Shown here in pieces: positions 12,351-24,731 of a stretch of DNA of 64,000 nt (its first letter is position 1; each line of letters opens with the position of its first letter). Position numbers and translations under genes: made by a program. Source of the stretch: Octopus sinensis (taxonomy: Eukaryota). Below the pieces are notes generated by a model. It was not told the origin of the DNA. It searched no databases and saw only the letters and a program-made list of their open reading frames with translations. The stretch lies in the NCBI RefSeq assembly GCF_006345805.1, contig NC_042997.1, forward strand, positions 139,996,001-140,060,000, in the 5' to 3' direction.

Positions 12351-13528
12351 AACGATAGCTGCTACAAATGCAAGACCTCTTTGTCTCTGATAACCTTTTA
12401 TATGATCCCAAAATATGAAACACTGACCAAGTGCATCACAAAAACTCCTTAAAGATAGGAAATGCCTGAACCACCCTTAAATATTACTATCACAATAAGG
12501 ATGGGAATGCTGTTACATTCTGCATCAATTGTGCCTGTGAATGCAGCTGTGATTGTGTGTTTAACAAGTTCACTTCACAACCACATGCTTCTGGCCTTGA
12601 TCCCAATGCACTGCACCTTCAACAATTGCCTTCTACAATAGCTTGAGGTTGATCAATAACTTGGGTATAGGATTTAGTAGAAAGGATCAGTTTTGAAGCA
12701 TGCTTTATATATCTCTCTCCTCCTTTCTCATACATGTGTGTGTGTGTGTCATATAATGTCTGTTCTCCATGCTGGCATGAGTTGGACAGTTTGACAGGAT
12801 CCAGTGTTAGAGGACTGGGTCTGTGATGTCTACAGTTAGATCCCCTTCCTAACACCAGCTTCTTTACAGGGTGTACTGAGTGCTTTTACAGTGAAGTTAT
12901 GTTACAGTTTACAAGACTGAAGGGCCTAGAGGGTCTTTTATAACTGAAAGAGAGAGAATTTTAAGTTAGGTTACGAAAGAAGGTAAATATGATGAGAACA
13001 ATAGATTTATAGTTGCAAGTGGGTAGTAGTGGAGAGCCTAACAGAGTAGACCAGTAGTTCCCAACTGACTTTTGGCCAAGCTCCACCGAATCATTTCTAA
13101 AATCCTGATGCCCCCATGTGATATCTAATTTTTGTTATTCAAAATTTGGTTAATGTTTACAATATTACCCAGAGACAAAATTTTTTTAAAAATAGTGCAA
13201 CGAATGTAAAAAAAAATGTGTAGGAAACGAAAGCAACAGGTGGGGGTGACTTCGGATAATTCACAAGATCCGAGTTTTTCCCTCATAACTTTTAGGAAAA
13301 TGTTTTTTTTAACGAAATTTTATATAAATACCTTTCAGCTGGCATAGATTACGATTATAAGGAAATTTGTGGGAAAATCTTTTCCGAGGTATGGGGAGGG
13401 GACTTTGTAAAATTCACCAGATCCGAGTTTTTCGCCCATAACTTGGTGACAGTTTATCGTGGATAGCGGGTATAAATCCAAATTTTAAATATTCCTCTGA
13501 ATATTGATGAACTTTTTTTTTTTACTTC

Positions 13529-13693
13529 CAGGAGTGGCTGTGTGGTAAGTAGCTTGCTAACCAACCACACGGTTCCGGGTTCAGTCCCACTGCGTGGCAT
13601 CGGGCAAGTGTCTTCTGCTATAGCCCCGGGCCGACCAATACCTTGTGAGTGGATTTGGTAGACGGAAACTGAAAGAAGCCTGTCGTATATATG

Positions 13694-13726
<33 letters not shown>

Positions 13727-13925
13727 CTGTGTTTGTCCCCCTAGCATTGCTTGACAACCGATGCTGCTGTGTTTACGTCCGCGTCACATAGCGGTTCGGC
13801 AAAAAGAGACCGATAGAATAAGTACTGGGCTTACAAAGAATAAGTCCCGGGCTCGAGTTGCTCGATTAAAGGCGGTGCTCCAGCATGGCCGCAGACAAAT
13901 GACTGAAACAAGTAAAAGAGAGTAC
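13529..13925 (+). mobile_element. near full-length family-A SINE (young), nested in the hAT element
   Basis: AGGAGTGGCTGTGTGGTAAGTAGCTTGC..GGTTCAGTCCC..AAATGACTGAAACAAGTAAAAGAG; nearly identical to 38197-38615. Confidence 0.9.
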
Positions 13926-14505
13926 TCATTTTATATATTTTTGAATCGGTATAACTACAGATTTCTGCGCCCCCGACTTTTCAATTCATTTTAACTTTCA
14001 AGAAAATGGATATTTTTAAATGAAATTCTCTACAAATATACCTCGGACTATGTAGATTCCGAGGACGTAGGAATTTTGGGGGGAAACAATTGGGGGCTAT
14101 TTTTGAGAACTGTTCCCCCACTCGCAGGTGTTTCTGAACAAGTCATCCATATTTGTTTCATTTTCTCCGTTTTGTGTGTTTGTGCACACACACACACGCA
14201 TGTAATTAAAAAAGTTCGAAGGGGGAATTATTCCGTTGAATATCATGTTTATTATAGAGATTATGTAACAATTTAAAAAAATTTTAGCTTCTGGTGTCTT
14301 CTGCCTTTCTATTAGAAACGTTTACCTAGGAATTTACTTAAAGTACAAAAAAAAAAAAATACGTATGCAACAGATAAGTCATCTTAATAACATATCGATT
14401 TTTCTTACCTTTTGTTGAATTCACAAACTGACTGGTGGGAATAAAATGGCCTGTCAATTTTCATCTCTGTTCATATGTGTGTCTGTGTGTAACCAATACC
14501 ATAAA

Positions 14506-14517
<12 letters not shown>

Positions 14518-14557
<40 letters not shown>

Positions 14558-14570
14558 TCTCTCTTTCTCT
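14518..14570. repeat. (CT)n microsatellite
   Basis: Direct observation. Confidence 0.95.
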
Positions 14571-15869
14571 TCCTTCACTGATGCTACTCCTCACTTCCAC
14601 TCCATTTCAACCCATTCAATTCTTTCAACTCTCACCCCCAACGCCATTTATTGCCCTATCAACACTCTGCAGCACCACATTTTTCGGCATTCTTTCGATA
14701 TGAGTCCCATTTACGTCACGCGTATTTGTTTACATTTGAAGAAGATCGTCACTTTCCGTAAATTTTAATTTTTTTTTTATATATGTGGGGTTAGGATTAG
14801 TGGTAGGAGGGAAGGGTATCTTTTTTTCTTCAGAAATGTAAATAAACCCACGTGGGTTTATAAGTGACAGTTATGTTACTAGTAACGAATGATCGCCCTA
14901 TTCCTTCTTTCGTGATATCAGATCTTATGAATATGATGAAAACGACCTGTTGTCTCTAAAGTGTCCAAAATTTACAGAAGAGATATAAGGAATTTTTTTT
15001 TTTAATAACTCATTCTTGAATTGTCCTCTTTCTCTATTGGTATACTAAACATTGTGTACAAAAGATATAAATTCAATATTACCCTACGCATGCCTCACCA
15101 AAATATCACCATGCCTCACCAAAATATTACCATGCCTCACCGGTGGGGCATACACCCCACGTTGGGAATCACGGGAGTAGACATTGGGGGATGGGTATGA
15201 ACAGGGAACAAATTAATGATCATGAGAAAGAAAGTGACAGTGGTAATGGTAATGTGGTGGATTGTGTAGGATGGTCCAGGGATATTGCACATTATAAGGG
15301 CAAGTATGAGTAGAGGGTTTAAGAGGAAGGGATCATGAAGGAGGAAAAAAATGTAAATGAAAGTTGTAAGGATCAAAGAAACATTAACGGAAAGAGATGA
15401 ATGGAAGTCATGGGAGGTAGGCTAGAGAGGGTGTTGAGGTTGGCAGAGAAGCAGTGAGGAGATGGCTGAAAGAAAAGAGATAGGCAGTGAGTAAGTGAGA
15501 ATCATTAGTAGTGAGATGAGAGAAATAAATGATAGCACCACGATTGAAGCGTGTGGGGAGATGGATAGAGAGGAGAGGAAGGGTATGATAGAGTGATGAG
15601 GACGAACCAATAATCTTTCACACATTTACAAGGCCTAGTGAAGGGTAGGGAATGGATCTCTCTCTGTCTTTCTATCAAAACAAAAATGGATTAGTAATCC
15701 AGGTGGAATACTTCATAAGCTCTCTGTAGATTGTTCTTTATGTGTTCAGTCAATTCACCACAGATTGATTGATTAATATGACTGGACTATAGAACTAAAT
15801 CCCAATACTTGTCTAAAACAGTTGTAAGTCTTCAATAAATGTATAAAATCCATTATCTGTGTGTATTTT

Positions 15870-16290
15870 CTATATCATTGTCTTAACCGCCACTTTTCCA
15901 TACTTGCAAGGGCCAGGCAGAATTCATTAAGGCAGACCCCTCCCCAGTCAGAAGCCTTTCCTGTCACCAACCCTCACCTGTTTCCAAGTAAGGCAATATT
16001 TCCCCATAGGTGGACACATTTTCATGGAAGATTGGAAAGTAGAGGGACTCTACTTCTGAGACAGTGACAGTGACATTTGTTTACAACTCTTGCAGGATGT
16101 CAAGAAAAACACACCTTACACACATACACACACAAAATGGTCTTCTTTCAGTTTCAGCCTACCAAATCCATTCACTAGACTAGTCACCCTAGGGCTATAC
16201 TAGAAGACAGTTGCCCAAGGTGTCACACAGTGGAAATGAACCCAAAACCATGTGGTTGAGATGTGAATTTAACTACACAGCTATGCCTGT
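15870..16290 (-). mobile_element. family-A-head SINE with (GAT)-type tail
   Basis: Reverse complement resembles 12015-12350. Confidence 0.6.
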
Positions 16291-17099
16291 GTTTATATAT
16301 ATATAAGTGTGTGTCATCATCATCATCATCATTTAGCGTCCGTTTTCCATGCTAGCATGGGTATACATATAAAAACAGGTGTAAGCATTGCTGTGTGGTT
16401 AAGAAGTTCACTTTCCAACAATGTGGTGTCAGGTTCAGTCCTATTACATAACAGCAATATTTATTTTCTACTACAGTACAGGGCCAGCCAAAGCCTTGTG
16501 AGTGGATTTTGTATATAGAAGCAGAAAGAAGCCTGTCATTTATTTATACATCATCATCTTTATCACCATCATGTGATGTTTGTTAACAAACATCACCATA
16601 TTATAAGTAAAATCATTCATTTGCAATCTTCTGTTAAACGTGTCTGGCCATTATGCTGCCCATGTTTGAAGGATGAAAAGAAAAATATCTCCTTAGCTTC
16701 AAAACAAGTGAAGTGTTTGCAAGCAGGAAGGGCATCTGGCAACAGAAAATCTGCCTCAAGGAATTTCATCTGCCCCCTGCAAGCATGAAAAAAAACATAC
16801 ATACATACATGCATGCATGCACGCACGCACACACACAAACACACACACACAAACACATACATACATACAAACAAACAGACAAAATAAGGATAAGATCGTT
16901 AATTTAAATTAAATAACAATCTTAGCAAGTGGCCAGCATGGAAATAACAACCTTCAAAGGTAATAATTATTATTAAAATTATAACTTAGGGTATCTACGA
17001 GATATTGCCATGCTGAAAATAGCAGCCATGATCTGACTCTAAAGAACCATTTTAAGTGCTGTGTTCATATAGCACATGGAAAGAAGACAAAAAGACTAT

Positions 17100-17169
17100 A
17101 CACAGATATATATATACATATATACATACACACTTATATATATATACACACACACACATATATATACAT

Positions 17170-17230
<61 letters not shown>

Positions 17231-17265
17231 CATACATACATACATAAATACATACATATATATAT

Positions 17266-17315
<50 letters not shown>
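17100..17315. repeat. (TA)n/(CATA)n compound microsatellite
   Basis: Direct observation; it generates the spurious YIYI ORFs. Confidence 0.95.
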
Positions 17316-17317
<2 letters not shown>

Positions 17318-17546
17318 ACAGTTGTTGTTAAGGTGTTGGTTGCCAGTATGCAAGATGGAAGAAAAGCAGCAGTTTAAGAAAATATTTATTTACCGTTACT
17401 TTGTATAATGTTTTGCATTGACAGACAGGTGTGTGTATCATATAAAAACAATAGAGTTATCTTTTCTTGTATGTTGTTGCTGGTTATGTTTGGTCAACTG
17501 CTAGCTGCCTAGCTAGGAATTAGAGGAAGATAGAGTGAATGTTAAA

Positions 17547-18760
17547 TGTAGGGAGTCAATTAAATGATACCTTCATGGTGCCTGACATTTAAACAGCAGT
17601 GGTGTAGTGATAAGACACTGTATCATAGTTTGACATTCTCACAGGTAAGCCTTCTCTCAGTTGAATTATCTCACTAACTGGATTTTGCCTTTGGTCGCCT
17701 CTCCATCATCTCCTTTTTGCCAACTAGGTTCTCACTAACTAACTTTGGCTTACAGAGTTCTTGCTTTTATAACTAGCCAGAAGGATAGGCATATTGTTGA
17801 GAACAATAGATTTCGTTGGAGGTCTGTTATCTCCATTCTAGCCCTGGCCAGCAAAATACGTACAAATTCAGTATTTCAAAAAAAATTCCAGATGAGTGAT
17901 TTACAGGCACCAATGCCTTAATTTCTACACGAACACCTACAAGACTTATTTATTTATTTTTTCTTTCCACTGAACTTCACAAGGACCATACCTTTAACAC
18001 TTACACTGCTCTAATTCAATTTCCTGTTTGTTATATTAAATTAAAATTGATTGTGCTTCTTTTGTGTGTTTGCTGTGAAGATGTTGAGGTTCTTGTGGGA
18101 GATGCAGAATTGACGATGATGATGTGGAATCGAGTTCAATGAAAGCTTTCTTAAGTCGATCAATACTTTCACTTAACATTTATGTCGATGACGAAGTATT
18201 TTTCCATTCTGTGTAGTACTCTGTAGGGTCTAGAATATGGTGGACAGATTTGTGATGGTATTCCATCATTCCGGATAAAAATGTACGTCCATTGGTTAAT
18301 GTCCGATGAGACATGTGTCCGTTTTTTGTGAACGGGGTCCATTAGGTGTGAGATGGGACATATGAGCACAGAGACAATGTGTATAAGTTGTGGGATCAGG
18401 AATATCCTGTAGAGGACCTGGAGTGATAATCTGCCCTGGCAGGGCCAGCATGGTGCTGTAAACTAACTCAACCGGTGAGTGACCAATGTCATCCTTAACA
18501 GATACATGGATACCGAGCAGAATAAGCAGAAGGATTTTTATCCAATTGATTAGGTCTGGACATGCATGTATGGTTGATTCCAGCTGTCTGTGGTCGCCTC
18601 TCTGTCATCTCCTTTTTGCCAACTAGGTTCTCACTAACTAACTTTGGCTTATGGAGTTCTTATTTTTATAACTATCCAAAACTAGCCAAAAGGATAGACA
18701 TATTGTTGAGAACAATAGATTTCATTGGAGGTCTGTTATCTCCATTCCAGCCCCAGGTGG
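17547..18760 (-). mobile_element. Ty3/Gypsy remnant: LTR-like 17547-17941, integrase C-terminal fragment ~18120-18560, partial second LTR 18590-18760
   Basis: TGTAGG..CCTACA ends; ~160-bp direct repeat (17690-17846 vs 18590-18755). Minus-strand translation LLGIHVSVKDDIGHSPVELVY..YIFIRNDGIPSQICPPYSRPYRVLHRMEKYFVIDIN..SIDRLKKAF matches the GPY/F region. Confidence 0.75.
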
Positions 18761-18892
18761 TCTAGAAGGAGTTAGAAGGGTCAAGTGGCAAAGACATTAT
18801 TCTGTTTAGCAATGGCATCTGGCAAATGTAACTGCTGTCACTCACAGAAAAACTATTATATATAAACACTAATACATCTATCTATCTATCTA

Positions 18893-18952
<60 letters not shown>

Positions 18953-19094
18953 TATATTTATACACAATATACAAGTAAGACATGGCTGTATAGTTGAGAA
19001 GCTTGCTCCCAACTACATGGCACCTTGGGCATGTGTTTTCTACTTTGGCTAGACTGAATGAAGCTCAGTGTGTGCGCGTGTGTGTCTATATCAC

Positions 19095-19385
19095 CGTGAC
19101 TGACCAGGCTATCAGATGTTGCTACACATCGCTGGTCACAATGCACTTCGCCTTGTTTCAGCTTTCAAATAACGCCACCCCACTGGCTAAGTGAGCAGGC
19201 CAACAGAAGAAAGAGTGAGAGAAAGTTGTGGCGAAAGAGTACAGAAGGGACCCCCCCCCCCTGCCAGAGCCCCATGGAGCTTTAGGTGTTTTTGCTCAAT
19301 AAACGCTCACAATGCCTGGTCTGGGAATCGAAACCGCGATCCTATGACCGCAAGTCCGCTGCCCTAACCACTGGGCCACTGCCTC
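19095..19385 (-). mobile_element. third SINE family with well-preserved tRNA-like head
   Basis: Minus-strand GCAGTGGCCCAGTGGTTAGGGCAGCGGACTTGCGGTCATAGGATCGCGGTTTCGATTCCCAGACC has A and B boxes and continues into non-tRNA body. Confidence 0.75.
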
Positions 19386-19624
19386 TGTGTGTCTATATAT
19401 GCATGCATAAATATATACATATATGTATGTATATACATGTGTATGCATTTTTGTCTCCTTGTCTTGACTGCACATAATTGTCATAAATGAATGTCACTAA
19501 TTTTCAATATTCATCAAAACATATTTGTCCATCCAAAACTATTACCTTGTTTGGTAATAGGTGAGGGGTGGCAACAAAAAGGGCATCTGGCCATAGAAAA
19601 TCTTACTAAACAAATTCTGTCTCA

Positions 19625-20044
19625 TGCTGTGTAACAAAATAAAAAAATTTTTTTTATCTTTGGTCAGTATGTGTTATTTTCTATATATTTCAGTTTAGAA
19701 ATCAGAAGAAATGAGTTATTCCCTTCAAAGTTTGCTTTTGTGACCTGGACATCAATGTTTTGAAACTGACATATTTCCATTACATTCCAGATAGATTCAG
19801 TGCTGAGTTCCTGAAACAGAAATATTGCTATAGCAAATATTCTACTCATACCACAGATTTCTCAGCTGCTTGACCTTAACCACTTGAGCATGTCACTCAT
19901 GTGTTGAGAGGAATTCTTTGGAATAAATGTAACAAAAGCAAGCAAAATTTGAAGGCAATATTAGTCATTTTTCATACGTTCTAGGATGTAAGCAAATAGG
20001 AAATAACAGTTGCTACCAAAGGACAAAAATTGTGTTACACAGTG
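19625..20044. mobile_element. second copy of the CACTGT-TIR MITE (internal deletion)
   Basis: Aligns by eye with 8814-9304 (TTCCCTTCAAA..GTGACCTGGACAT..GTTTTGAAACTGACATA..GTTACACAGTG|TA). Confidence 0.75.
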
Positions 20045-22082
20045 TAATGTGTGGCTAGATTGGCTCTTCCATGATACAACTGCAAAAAATATGTTTAGAG
20101 AGAAAAAGAAAACCCTGTCTAGTTTGGTTTATATTGAAGTGTAATTTTAGTATGTTAGTTTGTCAATTTCCCTGCACAGAGTTGACCCCTAACATGACCA
20201 ATGCTCTGTAACAAACATGTGTATTTCTAATATCAGAATTAGTGAAAATAACATTGAAGAGGAGGAAATTTATAGAAACAAATGGCATGGTTGACATTAT
20301 GCTGTAAATCTCTCATTATCAGGTCCCATAGAAAAGTTGGATAGATCTAATCCAGTAGCCAAGGCTACTGTCCTCTTGTATCTCACTTCATTCTAAACAA
20401 AAACTTAGGTATAACTCTGAATTGTTTAATTTCTAAAATAACTACAGACAAATATATTATCCTGCACAGTTACTTAGCGATTCTTTCATCAATGCCTGAA
20501 CATATACAGTAAGTTTTATGCTCAGTAGCTTAGGATAGATTGAAATACACCTGGAGTTATCTCTGATACTCTTTGCATTAAATATGTTAACATTAACAAA
20601 CCTATGTATGTATGAATTGTTTTCAACCATACTAAATGGCTAACTTATCTGAATTTATGGCACATAAAAAGCATCCATTACATTCTTGGAGTGGTTGGTG
20701 TTAGGAAGGGCATCGAGCCGTAGAAACCATGCCAAATCAGACTGGAACCTGGTGCAGCTCTCTGGCTTACCAGTTCCAGTCAAAGCATCTAACCCATGCC
20801 AGCTTGGAAAGTGAATGTTAAATGATGATGAAAGTTCTCAAGTAAACTGAATTATTTTTGCTATGCAAACATTCATTACCAATGTTTTTGTAATAACAAA
20901 AACATTTATAGAAAAGATTAAATGCTTGAGATAAAACTGTTATCAATACAATTAGATTCTTTCAGGCTGTTAACCTCACTGACATCAGGTACCTTACTTC
21001 TCGATTTGTAAGTAGTACCAAACAGGAATTAAAATAGGCACATCTTGTTTTAAATTAATAGTCATGCTCTTACCCTTTTTTCTGATTTGAGTACATCATG
21101 TTTCTATGTATATATCCAGAAATAAGACAATGATGATGATAGAGAATACTGATCAAAATGTTTGTAAATATTAAAACAGGTTTCATGTTTGTTAGATGGG
21201 TTATCTAAAAAAAAAAAATAATAATCATATGAAAAAGGAAAGTTGATGAAATTGAAGCATTGGCAATATCTCACAAATCTACCGGAAGATGATCCTAAAA
21301 GAGTTTGTAGCCAGAATGTAAAGGGATGAAATTAAATACAAGACATTTAACCTGACCCCCCTCATTTCTGCTACTCTACTGCCTAAAAAGTTGAAAATTT
21401 ATAAAGTATATATTGTTGGAGCAACTTTAATCTTTCAACAATGCAAATAATTTTCCCCAAACACTACTGCTCATATTTAAGGCAAGCTGAGTTTCTTTCA
21501 TGCTTTGCTTGGTCCCTGGCACACTAACTACAGTAAGTGTACCATGGACCAATGTTTTTTACTCTATTGGCTGTGATTTGCAGGATACAAGTAAAATAGT
21601 GTCAAAGGAATGAACTGGTGTTGACATTTAGTTTTCATAAATTCACTTAGTATCCTGTTAGTCTGTATCTCAATCACTTTAATCCTTTCAACTTCATTCC
21701 TCTCTCATATCAAGTTGTCTTTTGTAAAACCATTGACTTGTAACAATTCAAAATGCACTATAACCTTTAAATCTTTTTTCAATCAGGCTCTATAAAAATG
21801 TGCAAATAGTACCTTTATCACCATTTTACATACTCCTATGCTATGCAGACATGAGTTGGGTGGTTTGACATGACCCAATGTGTCAGATAACTTTGTTGTG
21901 CTCCAATGTCATATGCATGTATATGTTAGAGAAAGGGACAGTGCTATGACTTTCACAGGCCCTCCAAACAAGTGAGTTCATGTCCAAAGTTGAAAAGTGA
22001 AAATCTTCAACAAATACCTAAAACTGTCAAACGCATGCCAGTATGGAAAAAAAGGACATAAAATTATGACATATATATATAT

Positions 22083-22140
<58 letters not shown>

Positions 22141-23363
22141 TATTAAATTAGAGATAAAACCACTATTAGGCAAATCAAACAGTGAAAAACATAAACCAAA
22201 ACATAGAAATAAATTTAATTAATATAAAGTCAACAATCACAGGAAAAATTTGGGCAGGTGAGGATTCCAGATAATTGTAGTTTTGGAGGGTGGAAAGATC
22301 AGCCATAATAGTTAATGTAGGGCTAGGAGTAGCACAGTATGGATAACAGGAGAGGAGAGAGAGAGAGAGAGAGTTGGGCTGAATGGAGGTGACATGAAAC
22401 TATGTAGCACAAAGAAGCAGTGGTCATTGTATCAGTAATACAATAGACAGTCAAAAGACAGCATATTTGTAGGCAAAAGATTGTAATAAGTTTGGTGTAT
22501 GATTGTGTTAGGCCTTTCTATGAATATCTTTTTTCAGTTTTTATGCCTGACAAAATAGCTTCCACTTTCACAATCCCAGTTGAATATTAAAACTTCATTG
22601 TAAATAATTATGCAGCAACAAAAATACAGCATTAACTCATAGATCATTATTTTAAACATTTCAGAAACTACAAGAGATAATAGCTTGATGCAGCTCACTG
22701 ATTCCCTGTCAAACCATCCAACCCATGCCAGCATGGAAAACAGAAGTTCAGTGATGATGATACATACATTCATATATACTTACATATGCATATATATACA
22801 TGCATATACCTGTATGCATGAATATACAGATACAGTCCTTGTTGATCCTCTCATCAAATGAACACTGTGTAATGAGCTAGAGAGAGAGGTAGCATATCAT
22901 AGGGAATAGTTTGGATTAGAAGTGTGAGATGTCATACAACTTTCAATCAATAAATTACATCAACTTTAATCATTTAAAAACAAAGCAAAATAAGTTGGAA
23001 ATAAAAGTTACAAGCATCATAAATATTTTTAAAAACAAAATGCATATTTAAACACTTGTTAAGAAACAATTGTACCTCAAAATACTCCTGTGCAGGCACT
23101 GAACAGTTCTTGTTTGAAAATAGTTCATAATGTTCTATACTTGTTTCCCATTTATGTTATAATTTTATGTGATTATCTTATGCTTATGTTCACCATTTTA
23201 TGTTATATTTATATGTGATACACCAATAGGTGTATTAATGTATTTATACAATTTTGAGTACTTACATATAGTTGCTTGTATATGTACTGAATTTTTATTA
23301 TAAGGAGGATAATTTAGAATTCCTGAGATCTTTTGTTATTATAGTTTTGTTTTCTTCTTACAG

Positions 23364-24731
23364 GTTATTGATTCTGTTGAATTGTGCACTGAATACCTTG
23401 TCAAGTCAATTAATTTGGATAGCTGTGTTGATGTCCTCATCCTTGCTGATCTTTATTCACTTGTAAATGCTCAAGAAAAATCTCGTGACTTCATCCGTGA
23501 AAACTTTGAACGCATTGTTACTTCAGAAAAATATTACCAATTGACACATACTCAACTAGCATTTTTACTTGCTGGAGACAACTTAAGGGTCACTTCAGAA
23601 TACCAACTGGTCATGTTTGTACTTGAATGGGTCAAATGGGATGATCAGGTGCGCAAACAGTATTTACCACAACTGCTTGAAAATATACGCTTACCTCTTT
23701 TACGTGTAGATGAACTTGATAAATTAGCTCGTTTGCATATCATGAGGAATAACCCAGGATGTAATCGGCTTTTCCGTGAAGCTCAAGAATATAATCGTAA
23801 CATTTTTAAACAGCCTATGTATCAGACTAAACGCACTCAGGTTCGGTCAGAAAAAGTTAGTCTTGTTCTTTGCCATGGTGAATCTCCTAAAAGTTATACT
23901 TTTAAAACAGAGAAGTTCACAACTTTGCGAAATCCTTTAATTCCTATGTATAACCCCGGTGTCATTGTTGTTGATAATTTTATGTATGTCTGTGGCGGCA
24001 CTTGCAACAATGATCATAATTTTAACGCTTCACCCCGTTGCTTCCGCTTTGACCCTAGATTTGACACCTGGACTGAATTCACTTCATTATTAGAGGCTCG
24101 AAAGGATTTTGTAATGGTTACTGTAAATAAAACATTGTATGCCATTGGTGGAAAAGATAAGAACAATATCTCTTCTACTATGGAGAGTTATACAGTAGAG
24201 TCAAACCAGTGGAGTTGGAGAGCTCCAATCAACATTGCTGTTTATGGACATGCTGGAGACGTTTGTAAAGGAAAGATCTATGTATGTGGGGGACAAACCA
24301 CAACAGGCTGTGTTAACAATTTTCTCCGCTATGATCCCTCTACTAATACGTGGGAAGATCGTTCACGCATGTTGAGACCTCGTTGCAACCATATTTTGGC
24401 ATGTGTTAAAGAGAAGTTTTATGCAATTGGAGGTAATGTAGAGGATAGTCATGGATTGGCCAGTCCAATTGATCTTATTGAATCTTATAACCCTAACACT
24501 GACCAGTGGACTACAATGGAAGTTACAGTTAGTATTCGAAAAGCAGGTGCTTTTGTACGTGATGATAAAATCTATATTACAGGTGGACTGAAAGAGCAGA
24601 GGCTTTTAGAAATCATTCAAGAGTATGACCCTGTAAAGAACACGTTAAAAACTTCCCACACCTTTCCATTTGTCATTCTTGGCAGGGCATGTTGTTTGCT
24701 CACATTAAACAGATGTGAGCCTTTCCGATAA
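23364..24731 (+). CDS. Kelch-like protein terminal exon (end of BTB, BACK domain, Kelch repeats); KLHL9/13/26-like
   Basis: Acceptor TTTTCTTCTTACAG|GTT at 23363, phase 0. Joining gives ASHLQ|VIDSVELCTEYL, the canonical BTB-BACK junction. BACK motif LLENIRLPLL; Kelch motifs MYVCGG, FRFDPRFDTW, LYAIGG, YGHAG..IYVCGG, FYAIGG, IYITGG; TAA at 24729-24731. Confidence 0.95.
   Translation, partial: VIDSVELCTEYLVKSINLDSCVDVLILADLYSLVNAQEKSRDFIRENFERIVTSEKYYQLTHTQLAFLLAGDNLRVTSEYQLVMFVLEWVKWDDQVRKQYLPQLLENIRLPLLRVDELDKLARLHIMRNNPGCNRLFREAQEYNRNIFKQPMYQTKRTQVRSEKVSLVLCHGESPKSYTFKTEKFTTLRNPLIPMYNPGVIVVDNFMYVCGGTCNNDHNFNASPRCFRFDPRFDTWTEFTSLLEARKDFVMVTVNKTLYAIGGKDKNNISSTMESYTVESNQWSWRAPINIAVYGHAGDVCKGKIYVCGGQTTTGCVNNFLRYDPSTNTWEDRSRMLRPRCNHILACVKEKFYAIGGNVEDSHGLASPIDLIESYNPNTDQWTTMEVTVSIRKAGAFVRDDKIYITGGLKEQRLLEIIQEYDPVKNTLKTSHTFPFVILGRACCLLTLNRCEPFR

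Larger units (their letters stand above)
13052..15174. mobile_element. non-autonomous hAT-superfamily element with exact 8-bp TSD
   Basis: TIRs CAGTAGTTCCCAAC (13052) and GTTGGGAATCACGG (15161-15174). GAGTAGAC occurs at both 13044-13051 and 15175-15182; an 8-bp TSD is diagnostic of hAT. Confidence 0.85.

Noticed and set aside
17052-17353. [12 protein letters not shown]-rich ORFs here and at 27754, 46304-46892, 52527-53555 and 57231-57715
   Set aside because: They are translations of (TA)n/(CA)n/(CATA)n microsatellites, not genes.
19314-19382. tRNA gene
   Set aside because: The tRNA-like head lacks a paired acceptor stem and runs into a SINE body.
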